A stretch of DNA of 61,169 nucleotides from a virus (Duplodnaviria > Caudoviricetes): IMG/VR virus record IMGVR_UViG_3300031227_000040, positions 1-61,169 of that record; one strand, given 5' to 3'. Positions within the stretch are counted from its first letter, which is position 1; the number at the start of each line of letters is the position of its first letter. Of this stretch, positions 16,864-26,402 are shown piece by piece. The notes below the pieces were generated by a model. The model saw nothing but the letters and a program-made list of their open reading frames with translations, was not told the DNA's origin and did not search any database. A program made the position numbers and the translations under genes.

Positions 16864-17408
16864 AAGAACTCAGAGACGATGTAATAGATTGTAAGATGTG
16901 TGAACTTCACAAGACACGAACCTATCCTGTAATTGGAATAGGTTCTCATAATCCTAAAGTTGTGTTTGTAGGAGAAGCTCCTGGTCGTGAAGAGGATTTA
17001 ATAGCAACCCCGTTTGTGGGTAAGTCTGGACAGATCCTCCGAGCTCAGATACATCGAATAGGATTAAAAGATGTTTATCTTTGCAACGTTCTAAAGTGTA
17101 GGCCTCCAGAGAATAGAGACCCAAGTCATGAAGAGACGGAGAATTGTTCTGTGTATTTACGCAGGCAAATAGAAGTCCTTAAACCACTGTTTGTGGTAAC
17201 ACTGGGTCGGTTTGCTATGGAGACAATTAAAAGGATGTATGGAGGAAGTTACTATTCCTTATCTGAATGTCATGGAAGTAAGTCGACTTTCAAATTAGAT
17301 AATGGAAGCATAGTAACATTCATTCCTTTCTTTCATCCTGCCGCTGTTCTTTATAATCCCCTCATTCCATTTGAGGAGGATTTTAATAAGTTAAAAGAAT
17401 TGTTATGA
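16851..17408 (+). CDS. family-4 uracil-DNA glycosylase (Fe-S)
   Basis: CKMC.L, VGEAPG, PFVGKSG, NVLKCRPP.NR.P, FHPAA. Confidence 0.92.
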   Translation: MSSLKELRDDVIDCKMCELHKTRTYPVIGIGSHNPKVVFVGEAPGREEDLIATPFVGKSGQILRAQIHRIGLKDVYLCNVLKCRPPENRDPSHEETENCSVYLRRQIEVLKPLFVVTLGRFAMETIKRMYGGSYYSLSECHGSKSTFKLDNGSIVTFIPFFHPAAVLYNPLIPFEEDFNKLKELL

Positions 17409-17725
17409 GTATATTTAAGCTTCCTTTTAGCAAGGAGGAAATAGGAAAGGCGTGTGCTAAAAATCCCCTTATTGATAGGGAGGCTATTAGAAGAAGAGAT
17501 GAAGTAACTATCAACGAGATTGTTAAGAGAAACAAACATCTCAAGATAGATATTTCAGAGGTAAACGATATTGTTTTACAGATCAGTCCTGAATACAGAG
17601 AAGATATTATTATCTCTAAGTTTGAGAACAGGGTTGAAATTGAGAAAGAATATTGTATACCCGAAGGACCTATGAACGATGAGATTGGAAGTGAGTTGGA
17701 AAGTTTAAAGGTCTTTAATGTTTAA
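17405..17725 (+). CDS. hypothetical protein
   Basis: ATGA overlap with the UDG gene. Confidence 0.6.
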   Translation: MSIFKLPFSKEEIGKACAKNPLIDREAIRRRDEVTINEIVKRNKHLKIDISEVNDIVLQISPEYREDIIISKFENRVEIEKEYCIPEGPMNDEIGSELESLKVFNV

Positions 17726-17745
17726 ATTGTGTAAACAAAAATTGT

Positions 17746-18246
17746 ATGAAAACTAAATTGTCAATTAGAACTAGGAACTTTAAGTTCAAGACTACTGATT
17801 ACACTCAAGCTTTAGCTTTCTTCTTACACTATATTCCCTCTTTGGGGAAAAAGTATGACGTGGAAATTTCTGAAGCTAAAGATGAGCGTATAAGATCCAT
17901 CTTTGTTAGAATGGCAGACATGTTAAGACCAATAACTCCTAACAGTGAAAAGAAAAAGTCTGTTGAAAAGAAATTAAAGAAGTCAGGTAATAAAGTTGCT
18001 TCTTTAAATTCTCCTGTAAGAAGTAGAGTTATTAAGAAGCTATGGTCTGAAAGAGAAATTCGTCAGGTCTGTCTTTATTGTAAGAATAACAAGACATTAT
18101 CTAAGATTAAAGGACTCTCAGCTTACAAAAGTTTAGCACGAAGACATGGTGATAGTGGTATCTCTCAGTTATGCTGGGCAATAAAGAACAATAGACTTGA
18201 TAAATATTCTGAAAAGATTAAGTCAGTTGTTAAGAGTTCTAAATGA
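17746..18246 (+). CDS. basic hypothetical protein (possible DNA-binding C-terminus)
   Basis: Lys-rich; the WSEREI motif is reminiscent of an HTH/Myb-like start. Confidence 0.55.
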   Translation: MKTKLSIRTRNFKFKTTDYTQALAFFLHYIPSLGKKYDVEISEAKDERIRSIFVRMADMLRPITPNSEKKKSVEKKLKKSGNKVASLNSPVRSRVIKKLWSEREIRQVCLYCKNNKTLSKIKGLSAYKSLARRHGDSGISQLCWAIKNNRLDKYSEKIKSVVKSSK

Positions 18247-18605
18247 AGATAAAATGTTTTAGGTGTGGTAAAAAAGGAAACGTTAGAAAATATTATCACA
18301 CCTATCGACTTCGTGTTAAGATACTTGAACAGGTGGGTAAAAAGGTGTGTGAAAAAACAGAAGTTAAAGAATTTGTGGGAGATATTTGGAAAGCTAAAGG
18401 CTTCAAAAACATAGGTCTAATGGGTGTTTCTATTCCTTTAGATAGATATGTTTGGGTATGTGATAAATGTTTAAAGAGAAAATGTAAGCTTTGTTCGATT
18501 GGTCTTTCCAATAAATGGATTTGTAAGTGTGGATTAAAACATGGTGCTTTTTACCCCAATCATCCTGACTATTGTAAGCAGTGTTGGGATGCTAAACGAA
18601 AATAA
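18243..18605 (+). CDS. multi-CxxC Zn-finger protein
   Basis: CFRC, CDKC, CKLC, CKC..H, CKQC. Confidence 0.6.
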   Translation: MKIKCFRCGKKGNVRKYYHTYRLRVKILEQVGKKVCEKTEVKEFVGDIWKAKGFKNIGLMGVSIPLDRYVWVCDKCLKRKCKLCSIGLSNKWICKCGLKHGAFYPNHPDYCKQCWDAKRK

Positions 18606-18607
18606 TT

Positions 18608-18910
18608 ATGGACAAATTAATTAAAGAACTTAAAAAGATATTAAAGGATGATATAGCTGTTGAGAAAGTGGTTATGATAGTTGAAGAATATAAACCACTT
18701 CGGAAAGTAACAGCATCATCTCTCTCTATTAAGTCTAGAGGAATTATGGCGTCTGTAGCTTTGAAAGCAGCAGTGGAACTTCTCCCTCAGATTAGTGATA
18801 AAACTTTTGAAGAGCTTGCAGATGTCTGTTATGTCTGGCTTAGAACTAAACAAGAAGTCGGAATGCCTAAAGAGATTCAGAAAGCTGTTGAAGCTATTGA
18901 ACCCTTTTAG
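18608..18910 (+). CDS. hypothetical protein
   Basis: Packed ORF ending in EPF. Confidence 0.6.
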   Translation: MDKLIKELKKILKDDIAVEKVVMIVEEYKPLRKVTASSLSIKSRGIMASVALKAAVELLPQISDKTFEELADVCYVWLRTKQEVGMPKEIQKAVEAIEPF

Positions 18911-18912
18911 TT

Positions 18913-19155
18913 ATGAAAGTCCCAAAGTATAGAACGTGGACACAACTTTTCTCAGGTCCTTATTCAAAATATGTTAGTGGACTTTCTATTGGAATGTTAT
19001 GTACTATGATAAAGAGTCATTCTGAAATAGTAACTATACAAAAACTTAAGGGGGAAAAACCTGAATCTGATTATCCTGATTATCCTGAGGGAAATTTAGC
19101 CCCCTTAATGTTAAAGGTCGAATTAAAAGAACTTAAGAAAAGAGGTAAGCTATGA
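18913..19155 (+). CDS. small helical protein (paralog array member 1)
   Basis: TIQKLKG ... LKELKKR. Confidence 0.55.
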   Translation: MKVPKYRTWTQLFSGPYSKYVSGLSIGMLCTMIKSHSEIVTIQKLKGEKPESDYPDYPEGNLAPLMLKVELKELKKRGKL

Positions 19156-19397
19156 ATAAAAAAATAAAAAAAGAATGGAAAAAGGTAGAAAAGATTAGCC
19201 AAGTTTCTGATTCTATTTCTTTGTTTCAAGAGTATCTTGATGATTTAAATGATAAAGAATTAGTAAAAGCAATAGAAAATTCAAAACAAAACATAATTGT
19301 TACTAGAATTCAAGGTGAGGATGGTGTAATTTTTCTGAAGTTCTTTTTAGATTTAGAGGAACACGAATTAAGAAAAAGATTAAATGAGGATACATGA
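19152..19397 (+). CDS. small helical protein (paralog array member 2)
   Basis: IVTRIQG ... HELRKR. Confidence 0.55.
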   Translation: MNKKIKKEWKKVEKISQVSDSISLFQEYLDDLNDKELVKAIENSKQNIIVTRIQGEDGVIFLKFFLDLEEHELRKRLNEDT

Positions 19398-19759
19398 GTT
19401 ATAAACTTCCTCCAAAAGATGAATGGCAAATGGAAAAAGATGATGATATGATTCAAGCATCTGCTTATCGTGATCAAGTCTTTGAAGCTTCTATTGATCC
19501 AAGTATAAGTGAATTGAAAAAAAGAATAGATGAACTTAAAGGTAAGAAACAGTTGACCTATAGAGGATTCTTATTAGAAACTACTTCCATAAAGTCTTTA
19601 GAAGAAATGATAAATAAAACTAAGAGAGGGATTACAATTGCTAAGTTGCAGGGAAGATCTATTGATATACTTAAAGACATTCTTGAAGCTCAGCAAGGAG
19701 TTTTTAAAGAGAAGAGAATAAAGCTCATCCTTGAAGATAAGAAAAATGAGGATGAATGA
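19394..19759 (+). CDS. small helical protein (paralog array member 3)
   Basis: TIAKLQG ... LEAQ..FKEKR. Confidence 0.55.
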   Translation: MSYKLPPKDEWQMEKDDDMIQASAYRDQVFEASIDPSISELKKRIDELKGKKQLTYRGFLLETTSIKSLEEMINKTKRGITIAKLQGRSIDILKDILEAQQGVFKEKRIKLILEDKKNEDE

Positions 19760-19977
19760 AAAGTATATTAGCTAATATTCCTAATCATGTATGTGAAGAA
19801 ATAATGGGAAACTTAAGGAAAATTCCAGTTAGTGAATTAAAAGCTCATAGAAAAAATACTCTTGAAAGCTTGACTCTATCTAAACTAAAGGAAGATAAGC
19901 TTGAAGCTAAAGCGAATCAAGTTTTCTTGGAGCTTGTTAATCGTGTCCTAAATGAGACACATGGTTTGGACTACTAA
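19756..19977 (+). CDS. small helical protein (paralog array member 4)
   Basis: TLSKLKE ... LELVNR. Confidence 0.55.
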   Translation: MKSILANIPNHVCEEIMGNLRKIPVSELKAHRKNTLESLTLSKLKEDKLEAKANQVFLELVNRVLNETHGLDY

Positions 19978-20191
19978 AAATGGTGAAGTAATGAATCTGA
20001 GTGACATGTCTATTCAGCATTTGATTCGTGCTCTTAAGTATAATGATAGAAAGAAAACAATTGCTAGATTAAAAGGATATGGAAAAGGGTCAATTGAATT
20101 TAATCAGATAGCAAGAGTTCAAGGTATGTTAGAAGCAGAGTTAGAAAGACGGAATAGAAAAAGCTTTGATAAAGATTGTAAATTTCTGTAA
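19952..20191 (+). CDS. small helical protein (paralog array member 5)
   Basis: WTTKNG...DMS..HL; TIARLKG ... LEAELERR. Confidence 0.55.
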   Translation: MRHMVWTTKNGEVMNLSDMSIQHLIRALKYNDRKKTIARLKGYGKGSIEFNQIARVQGMLEAELERRNRKSFDKDCKFL

Positions 20192-20193
20192 CT

Positions 20194-20421
20194 ATGAAAA
20201 AATATAAATATGGAATTATAAAAGAACCTGGGGGATTTGTTATAGTAAAGAATAATTCTACAATCCCATTAAGAACATGTTCTGTTTCTTCTTTGTTAGA
20301 TATTCGTAAATGGGCAATTTTAGGACAAACAACAATACAACTTGAGGGAGAATATCGCATTGATCAACCAAGGCTTTTTAAAGATCTAATAAAAGAAATT
20401 GATAAGCTTGTAAAAGATTAA
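20194..20421 (+). CDS. hypothetical protein
   Basis: Packed ORF. Confidence 0.55.
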   Translation: MKKYKYGIIKEPGGFVIVKNNSTIPLRTCSVSSLLDIRKWAILGQTTIQLEGEYRIDQPRLFKDLIKEIDKLVKD

Positions 20422-20442
20422 TTAGTTAATCGACAATTAAAT

Positions 20443-21579
20443 ATGTATACAGTAAATTTGGAGTATCTAGGAAAGATGCTCCCACTTTATTTTAAGTTGA
20501 AGAAGCCTTTGTATTTGTGGGGGAAACCCAGTACGGCAAAGTCTTCTATCATTAGACAGTTCGCAATAGAAGAAGCTGCGAAAAGAAAGTTAGAATATTC
20601 GGAGGATAAATTTGGTCCTCAATATTTCACTTGTAAAATAATTCCTTTATCCCAATTTGATGCTCCTGATTTAAGGGGTATGCCTGAGATTAAGAATGGA
20701 ATGACAACCTTTATTCCAGGCTGTGAGTTACCACGTGACGGTCAAGGAATAATTTTCTTTGACGAAATGAATTTGGCAGATGAGATAGTTCGTAAAGCTA
20801 TGTATCAGTATATCTTAGAAGGTAGGTATTCAAATCTTCCTCCTATCTATGATAAGAATGGACAGCTTTCTTATTGGAGAGTAGCTGCTAGTAATGAAGA
20901 GAGTGACTTTAGTAATGTCGGGAGGTTAAGACTGGCTTTACTTAGAAGATTTCATCACTTAAAGGTTGTGCCTGAGTCTAAGGAAATATTAGATTACTTT
21001 AGTAAGATTGGAGCGAATTCAATGGTGATAGCATATCTTCTTAATTATCCTACTGATTTGTTTCCTCATCCATATGATGAGAAATTGTTAGAAGCTAAAG
21101 CAAATCCATTCCCTTGTATGTGGGAGGCAGTCTCAGATTATATGTTAGCCTATCCTGATTTAAAAGGTAAGGGTAAGATGAATGATCTTAGAATTTTTGT
21201 TTCCTCCTCAGTGGGATTAGGAGCTGCTGCTAAGTTCATAGGTTTCTTAACCATGGCAACTAAGCTAAAGATTAAAGATATAATTAAGGATCCTAAGAAA
21301 GAAATTAAGAAGATTGATAAAGAGGATGAAAAGATTTCATTACTTTATGCTGTAATTGCTTCTCTTCAAGAGCGTTGGGTAAGAACTAAGAGTGCACTTA
21401 CTCCTCAACAAGTCGAGGGAGTATTAACTTGCCTTGATGTTGAATTCCAAACAGCATTTTTAAAGTTGTTAATGGGAGGCCAGAAAGGTAAGAGAAAAAT
21501 TCCTAAACTCTTGGCACAACCAGGAGTTACTAAAGCTATACAAGACCTTGGAATTTATCTAAATGATGATAATGGATAG
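20443..21579 (+). CDS. MoxR-type AAA+ ATPase
   Basis: Walker A variant GKPSTAKS, DLRGMP, Walker B IIFFDE, AASN, ALLRRF arginine finger. Confidence 0.85.
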   Translation: MYTVNLEYLGKMLPLYFKLKKPLYLWGKPSTAKSSIIRQFAIEEAAKRKLEYSEDKFGPQYFTCKIIPLSQFDAPDLRGMPEIKNGMTTFIPGCELPRDGQGIIFFDEMNLADEIVRKAMYQYILEGRYSNLPPIYDKNGQLSYWRVAASNEESDFSNVGRLRLALLRRFHHLKVVPESKEILDYFSKIGANSMVIAYLLNYPTDLFPHPYDEKLLEAKANPFPCMWEAVSDYMLAYPDLKGKGKMNDLRIFVSSSVGLGAAAKFIGFLTMATKLKIKDIIKDPKKEIKKIDKEDEKISLLYAVIASLQERWVRTKSALTPQQVEGVLTCLDVEFQTAFLKLLMGGQKGKRKIPKLLAQPGVTKAIQDLGIYLNDDNG

Positions 21580-22777
21580 AGAAAGATTTATAAGAGCTAA
21601 GATTCAAATGCTAGTTGATGAACCTTTCTTCGGTCAGTTAGCATCTTACTTAGTTCCTGTTGAAGTTGATAAGAAACTCTGTCCAACCATGGGTGTAAAT
21701 CAATTGGGAGAATTATATGTGAACCCAGAGTTTGTAGATAGTCTTCCCTTTAAAGAACTTAAGGGGGTTTTAATGCATGAGATTCTTCATCTTGCATTGT
21801 TACATCCCTCCAGAGTTCAAGACTTTAATCATAGATTGTTTAATGTAGCTGCTGATTTAAAGGTAAATGATATCCTTCTTAATGGAAATAAAGAAGTTTG
21901 TCTTCCTAAAGACGGAATCTTTCCTAATTATAGACATGAATGGGCTTTGGGAAAGATTAGAATTGAAAAGATTGATGAGAAAACTGCTGAACAAATCTAT
22001 CATGAGCTACAGAAACAGTGTCCTAAAGAGAAAAAGATTAAAGTAATGCTAGATTTAAAGTCTTCGACAGGACAAAATGATAAGAATAATAAGAAAGGCA
22101 AAGGCAAAGGAGGAGCAAATATACCAGGAAATAGTAGAGCCTTAACAAAAGAAGAAATGGAAACAGCAAAGAATGCTTGGTCAGATAAAGTTAATGGTCT
22201 AAAGGTCCAGGGATTGATGCCAGCTAATATAGATAGAGCCTTAAACAAGTTAAGAGCTCATAAGATTACGTGGAATTCTTGGTTGAACGGAAGGTTTGCT
22301 AGAATAGTTAAAGAAAGATCTTGGTCTAGAGCAAATAAAAGATGGCTTCCATGGTATTATCCAGGAGCTTCTAAAGTAAAAGGACTACGTTGTGTAGTTG
22401 CTGTGGATACTTCAGGTTCAATTTCCGATAAGGAATATTCGGAAATAATTTCCGAACTCTATGGAATCTATAATGATTTTAGAGGAGCAGTTGAGATGAT
22501 AGTTATTTCTTGTGACTCAGAAATACATGATGTATATTACTTAAAAGAAAATGAACAAGAGAAATTGAAGAACATAAAATTAAAAGGCGGTGGTGGTACA
22601 GATTTTAATCCAGTCTTTAATTGGATTAGAAAAGAACTTAGGCAAGAGGTCGATTGTCTATTGTACTTCACTGATGGCTATGGAGATTTTCCCCCTAGAG
22701 CATTACCGTTTGATACTATGTGGGTAATGACAAGTGATGTTAAACCTCCATTTGGCAAAACATTAAGCTTGAAATAA
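21563..22777 (+). CDS. DUF2201-type HExxH metallopeptidase + VWA domain protein
   Basis: PFFG.L, HEILH, FNVAAD..VN; MIDAS DTSGSIS, GGGGTDF.PVF, FTDGYG. Confidence 0.88.
   Translation: MMIMDRERFIRAKIQMLVDEPFFGQLASYLVPVEVDKKLCPTMGVNQLGELYVNPEFVDSLPFKELKGVLMHEILHLALLHPSRVQDFNHRLFNVAADLKVNDILLNGNKEVCLPKDGIFPNYRHEWALGKIRIEKIDEKTAEQIYHELQKQCPKEKKIKVMLDLKSSTGQNDKNNKKGKGKGGANIPGNSRALTKEEMETAKNAWSDKVNGLKVQGLMPANIDRALNKLRAHKITWNSWLNGRFARIVKERSWSRANKRWLPWYYPGASKVKGLRCVVAVDTSGSISDKEYSEIISELYGIYNDFRGAVEMIVISCDSEIHDVYYLKENEQEKLKNIKLKGGGGTDFNPVFNWIRKELRQEVDCLLYFTDGYGDFPPRALPFDTMWVMTSDVKPPFGKTLSLK
22440..22454. promoter_or_regulatory. 15-bp palindrome CGGAAATWATTTCCG, copy 2 (intragenic)
   Basis: CGGAAATAATTTCCG inside the VWA gene. 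Confidence 0.35.
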
Positions 22778-22778
22778 T

Positions 22779-22988
22779 ATGAAATTCTTTACAATGATTA
22801 CAATAGTTTATCCTATTATTCTATTTGCTTATATAGCAGGATCATTAGCAGAAGCTATTGGAGATGAAACGTGTTTAGAAAGTTATACATTTACTATGGG
22901 AAATTTTTTGTGGACGATAGCTATGATTGGAATAGTCCTAGCAGTATGTTTCTGGTCTGGACAAGAGTGGGAAAAGAATAAAAAATAA
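22779..22988 (+). CDS. small membrane protein (2 TM)
   Basis: Two hydrophobic segments. Confidence 0.55.
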   Translation: MKFFTMITIVYPIILFAYIAGSLAEAIGDETCLESYTFTMGNFLWTIAMIGIVLAVCFWSGQEWEKNKK

Positions 22989-22999
22989 AAAGAAATTAT

Positions 23000-23233
23000 A
23001 TGCCAATAGAAAAAAAGACAGTAGTTAAAACACAAAAAACTGTTTATGAATTTGAAGTTGAGTTCAAAATCAATAAGACAGTTAAGGTTATTGAATATAG
23101 TACACCAGATTATAAGAAAGTAGGAGAAATTGAATCAGGAATATTCAAATTTAGAAGTGACGATCTTAAGGAAGTTAGAAAATTAAGTCATGGAATTCTT
23201 AGTCTTATTAAACTAGGTGAGAGAAATGGATAA
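23000..23233 (+). CDS. hypothetical protein
   Basis: Packed ORF. Confidence 0.55.
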   Translation: MPIEKKTVVKTQKTVYEFEVEFKINKTVKVIEYSTPDYKKVGEIESGIFKFRSDDLKEVRKLSHGILSLIKLGERNG

Positions 23234-24233
23234 AGTATTACAAGAAGTTATTAAAAGGTTTGCTTCTATAAAACAAAGACTTCTTTTAATTGAAAAGATA
23301 TGGGGAAAGAAAGAAGATAAGTATGATGCTGAAAGAGATCTTTATAAGTTTGAGAATGCAGCTAACAATTTCTTAGCTTGGTATGAAGTTAAGAAAGTTA
23401 TTGAAAAGGAAATAAAGATTAAAGGTATGATTGATTTGAAAGAGAAAATGGATTATCTTACAAGACATTTAAGACATGCTTCATATTTTGCTTGTCTTAG
23501 TTCAGAAAGAATATTCATGGGTGAAAATAGAAATTATACTTTCCGACCTTATTGTTATTGGAATGATTTGTCTTATATGGGTGGCGATTTCTTTTACTTT
23601 GGAGGGAGAACTCCTCTTGGTATGATTCCTTCCATAGGAGAAAAATGGGATCTAAAGAAAGAAAAGACTAAGTGGATTCTTTCAAGTGAAGAAAATAAAT
23701 ATGATTTGTCTTTAATCTATAATAATTCTCACATCGATAAAGAAAAGTTTATTAAGATTCTAGAATCCATATACTTAGTAAATGAGAAAATAAATAGTTC
23801 AAAGATTAAAATGGATTATAACGGAGCTGAAATTTTAATTAATGAAAGTACTTCGTTTAGCTTTGGAAACGAAAGATTAAGTTTTCTATCTAGTGGAGGT
23901 GATGCTCACTTTGATATTGATTTGATTAACAAAAAATTTCCTGCTGAAAAACTTTTTGAAGATATTAAAGCAAAGAAATCTATGTCTGAAATTGAAAAAG
24001 GATTAAAAGATTTTATGGTTGAAGACTTAATAGATGAATTCTATTCATCTTCTGATAATGATTTTATGGAAGATCTAAAAAGATTTTTAGATTTCTTCAA
24101 TAAATTTTTGCCTTCTGTAAAAAAGGGTATTAAATCAATTGAGAGTGTTGCAAAAATAGTTAAAGAAGAAACAGATAAATTCTCCTGCTATACTGAGAAT
24201 GCTACGACTTATCTTAAATTGTTAAAGAAATAA
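23217..24233 (+). CDS. hypothetical protein (338 aa)
   Basis: Long ORF; likely ATG at 23226. Confidence 0.7.
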   Translation: MREMDKVLQEVIKRFASIKQRLLLIEKIWGKKEDKYDAERDLYKFENAANNFLAWYEVKKVIEKEIKIKGMIDLKEKMDYLTRHLRHASYFACLSSERIFMGENRNYTFRPYCYWNDLSYMGGDFFYFGGRTPLGMIPSIGEKWDLKKEKTKWILSSEENKYDLSLIYNNSHIDKEKFIKILESIYLVNEKINSSKIKMDYNGAEILINESTSFSFGNERLSFLSSGGDAHFDIDLINKKFPAEKLFEDIKAKKSMSEIEKGLKDFMVEDLIDEFYSSSDNDFMEDLKRFLDFFNKFLPSVKKGIKSIESVAKIVKEETDKFSCYTENATTYLKLLKK

Positions 24234-24234
24234 T

Positions 24235-25242
24235 ATGAGTATATTTGAAAAAGTAAAAGAACCATTATCTAAACTTCAAGCTTTGATTAACAAAGATATC
24301 AACCTCAGAATGGGAATGATAAAAGAAATAGAGAAGCATCCAGTTGTTCAAGAGATTAGAAAGATTCAAGATATTATTCATGACGAAGAAAGGAATATGG
24401 AATATATAACTTGTTCAATCCCAAATATAGGAGTGACTGAAATTAAAATGATTAGCAGTAAGAAGACAGGAAGAAATCAATACTATGGAACTGAAGATCA
24501 TTTTATTGATCCAGTTTTTCATAGTAGACTTGGTCTTAAAGGACAGCATCAAAGAGATCGAATTAATCAAGGACAACTAGTAATGAGAGATCTAACTGAA
24601 GTTAAGAAGACTAAAGCTATTTTTGTTTCTGAGGATATAAGAGAGATAAAACTTGACTTTGATCCTGCTTTATATTCTTATAAGAAAGTTAATCAAGAGA
24701 ACTTAGCATTCTTTCTAAGTTATATAGACAATCTAATTAATGTTTATCAAGGTCTTAGTTTAGAAGTTAACTTTGGAGAAAAAGATCAAGAGGGTTCTCT
24801 TCTATTCTCTTTGGCTAAAAAAGAAAAGAGAAGTAAAATGGATAACAAAATTTTCTCCTTTGAGTTTCCCTCCTTAAGAAAAGGTTGGCATAATAGTTAT
24901 AGTTATGGCAGTAGTGGATATCTTGAAATGGATTATGTAAATCTTCTTGGATTCTCTTTAGATCAAATACAAAAGCATCATCATGTTTCAGATATACCTG
25001 ATATTGCTCATCACTCTGGTGCTAATCAAGAGATTAGTTATGAGAAACCTCATCAAGCAAATTCTATTATTCAGTATTCTAATTGTTTTAATTCTGTTGT
25101 TGACAACTGGGATAAGATTGATAAAGGTTTGAAAGAATTCTATGCTAAGAAAATTAAGATATTTGATTTGATTAAGAGTGACTATAAAGTATTCAAGACA
25201 ATTATTCAAACTCAAGCAACGATTAATAAGTTAAAGAACTAA
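24235..25242 (+). CDS. hypothetical protein (335 aa)
   Basis: Long ORF similar in size to its upstream neighbour. Confidence 0.7.
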   Translation: MSIFEKVKEPLSKLQALINKDINLRMGMIKEIEKHPVVQEIRKIQDIIHDEERNMEYITCSIPNIGVTEIKMISSKKTGRNQYYGTEDHFIDPVFHSRLGLKGQHQRDRINQGQLVMRDLTEVKKTKAIFVSEDIREIKLDFDPALYSYKKVNQENLAFFLSYIDNLINVYQGLSLEVNFGEKDQEGSLLFSLAKKEKRSKMDNKIFSFEFPSLRKGWHNSYSYGSSGYLEMDYVNLLGFSLDQIQKHHHVSDIPDIAHHSGANQEISYEKPHQANSIIQYSNCFNSVVDNWDKIDKGLKEFYAKKIKIFDLIKSDYKVFKTIIQTQATINKLKN

Positions 25243-25244
25243 GC

Positions 25245-25721
25245 ATGAAGATAAAAGAATTACAGTTAAAGTCTTTAGGATTACCTTCTGTGTTTGATAA
25301 GCTCTTATCCTTGGTTACTTGTAAAAAGGGAAATCTCTGGACTATAGATGAGAATCTAGTTCTGACTTATGAGAAAGATAAATCTGAAGAGAAAGCTAAA
25401 TTAATTTTAGCTCATGAAGTTTTACATCTTTACTTGCTTCATCCTTTTATTGAGACACCTAAAGAAGTAAAGTTAATGCATGAAGTTACAGATTATCTTG
25501 TGAACGATATTCTAATCTATGAGTTTGGACTTACTGAATTACTTAAGATAGCTAAGTATAAAACAGATAAGGAAGGCTATACTCCTTGTGGAGTTTGTGT
25601 GAGGAATAAATCTTTTGTCGAACTCTTTGCTTTAATGTGTAAGCTGAGAGGAAAAGAAGTTCCTACAATAGTCTTTAAGAGAAAAGAATTAAACCATTTC
25701 TTGAAGTTAATGGTTAAGTAG
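25245..25721 (+). CDS. stand-alone DUF2201-N-like HExxH protein
   Basis: LAHEVLHLYLLHP...VTDYLVNDIL parallels LMHEILHLALLHP...AADLKVNDIL in ORF 21563. Confidence 0.65.
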   Translation: MKIKELQLKSLGLPSVFDKLLSLVTCKKGNLWTIDENLVLTYEKDKSEEKAKLILAHEVLHLYLLHPFIETPKEVKLMHEVTDYLVNDILIYEFGLTELLKIAKYKTDKEGYTPCGVCVRNKSFVELFALMCKLRGKEVPTIVFKRKELNHFLKLMVK

Positions 25722-25727
25722 AGAAAG

Positions 25728-25768
25728 AGTTGAGCCCCGATTTAATTAGTCGGGGCTTGACTTTTTTT
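25728..25768 (+). terminator. intrinsic terminator ending the early/accessory region
   Basis: AGTTGAGCCCCGA-N9-TCGGGGCTTGACT followed by TTTTTT. Confidence 0.85.
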
Positions 25769-25785
25769 ATGCTATTAATTATACT
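25757..25785 (+). promoter_or_regulatory. sigma70-type promoter for the virion module
   Basis: TTGACT-17 bp-TATACT. Confidence 0.7.
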
Positions 25786-25805
25786 ATATTTGATTGTTAC
25801 GTATC

Positions 25806-26105
25806 ATGAAATTTTCTAAGATTATAGAGAACTATCCTAGTCTTAATGATAATTTGTTTGAAAGCAAGCTTTCGTTTGTATTAGACAAAGAGAAGTTTAC
25901 ATTAAGGAAGATTAAAGTTCCAGGAACTTCATTTGTACTTAGATACTATAGATTAGGAGACTATACTTTGATAGAACAAAATCCCCTTGAAGATTCAGGA
26001 GATGCAAAGCTTGTAAGAAAAGGAGAAAGGATTTCTATTCTAGTGGATAATTTAAATGATAAATCTTTATATAAATTTAAAAAGAATAAACTCATTAAAT
26101 TATGA
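25806..26105 (+). CDS. hypothetical protein
   Basis: First ORF after the promoter; ATG at 25806 (track start is TTG 25794). Confidence 0.55.
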   Translation: MKFSKIIENYPSLNDNLFESKLSFVLDKEKFTLRKIKVPGTSFVLRYYRLGDYTLIEQNPLEDSGDAKLVRKGERISILVDNLNDKSLYKFKKNKLIKL

Positions 26106-26401
26106 CAGATCTTAAAAAAGATAAAGAAAAAAAACAACCAGTAGAGGATACAGTAGTTGCTATTCCTTCTCTTGAAATTAGAGATCCTATTGAGGCTCCT
26201 CTAAAAAAAATAGAAACAAAAAAGTCTACAAAGTTTTGGTACATCATTGGTTTTTTGATTGCTCTAGTTTTCTTATTTTTTGTACTCGTTAGTCTTGTCG
26301 CCATATTAAAGATTGAAGTATGTTATAAAATCCTCTCATTGGTTCTAGGATTTTTATTTTTATTAGACTTGTTACATTCATTTAAATTTTTATTCAAATA
26401 A
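26102..26401 (+). CDS. membrane protein (2 C-terminal TM; holin-like possible)
   Basis: Charged N-terminus followed by two hydrophobic helices. Confidence 0.45.
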   Translation: MTDLKKDKEKKQPVEDTVVAIPSLEIRDPIEAPLKKIETKKSTKFWYIIGFLIALVFLFFVLVSLVAILKIEVCYKILSLVLGFLFLLDLLHSFKFLFK

Positions 26402-26402
26402 G

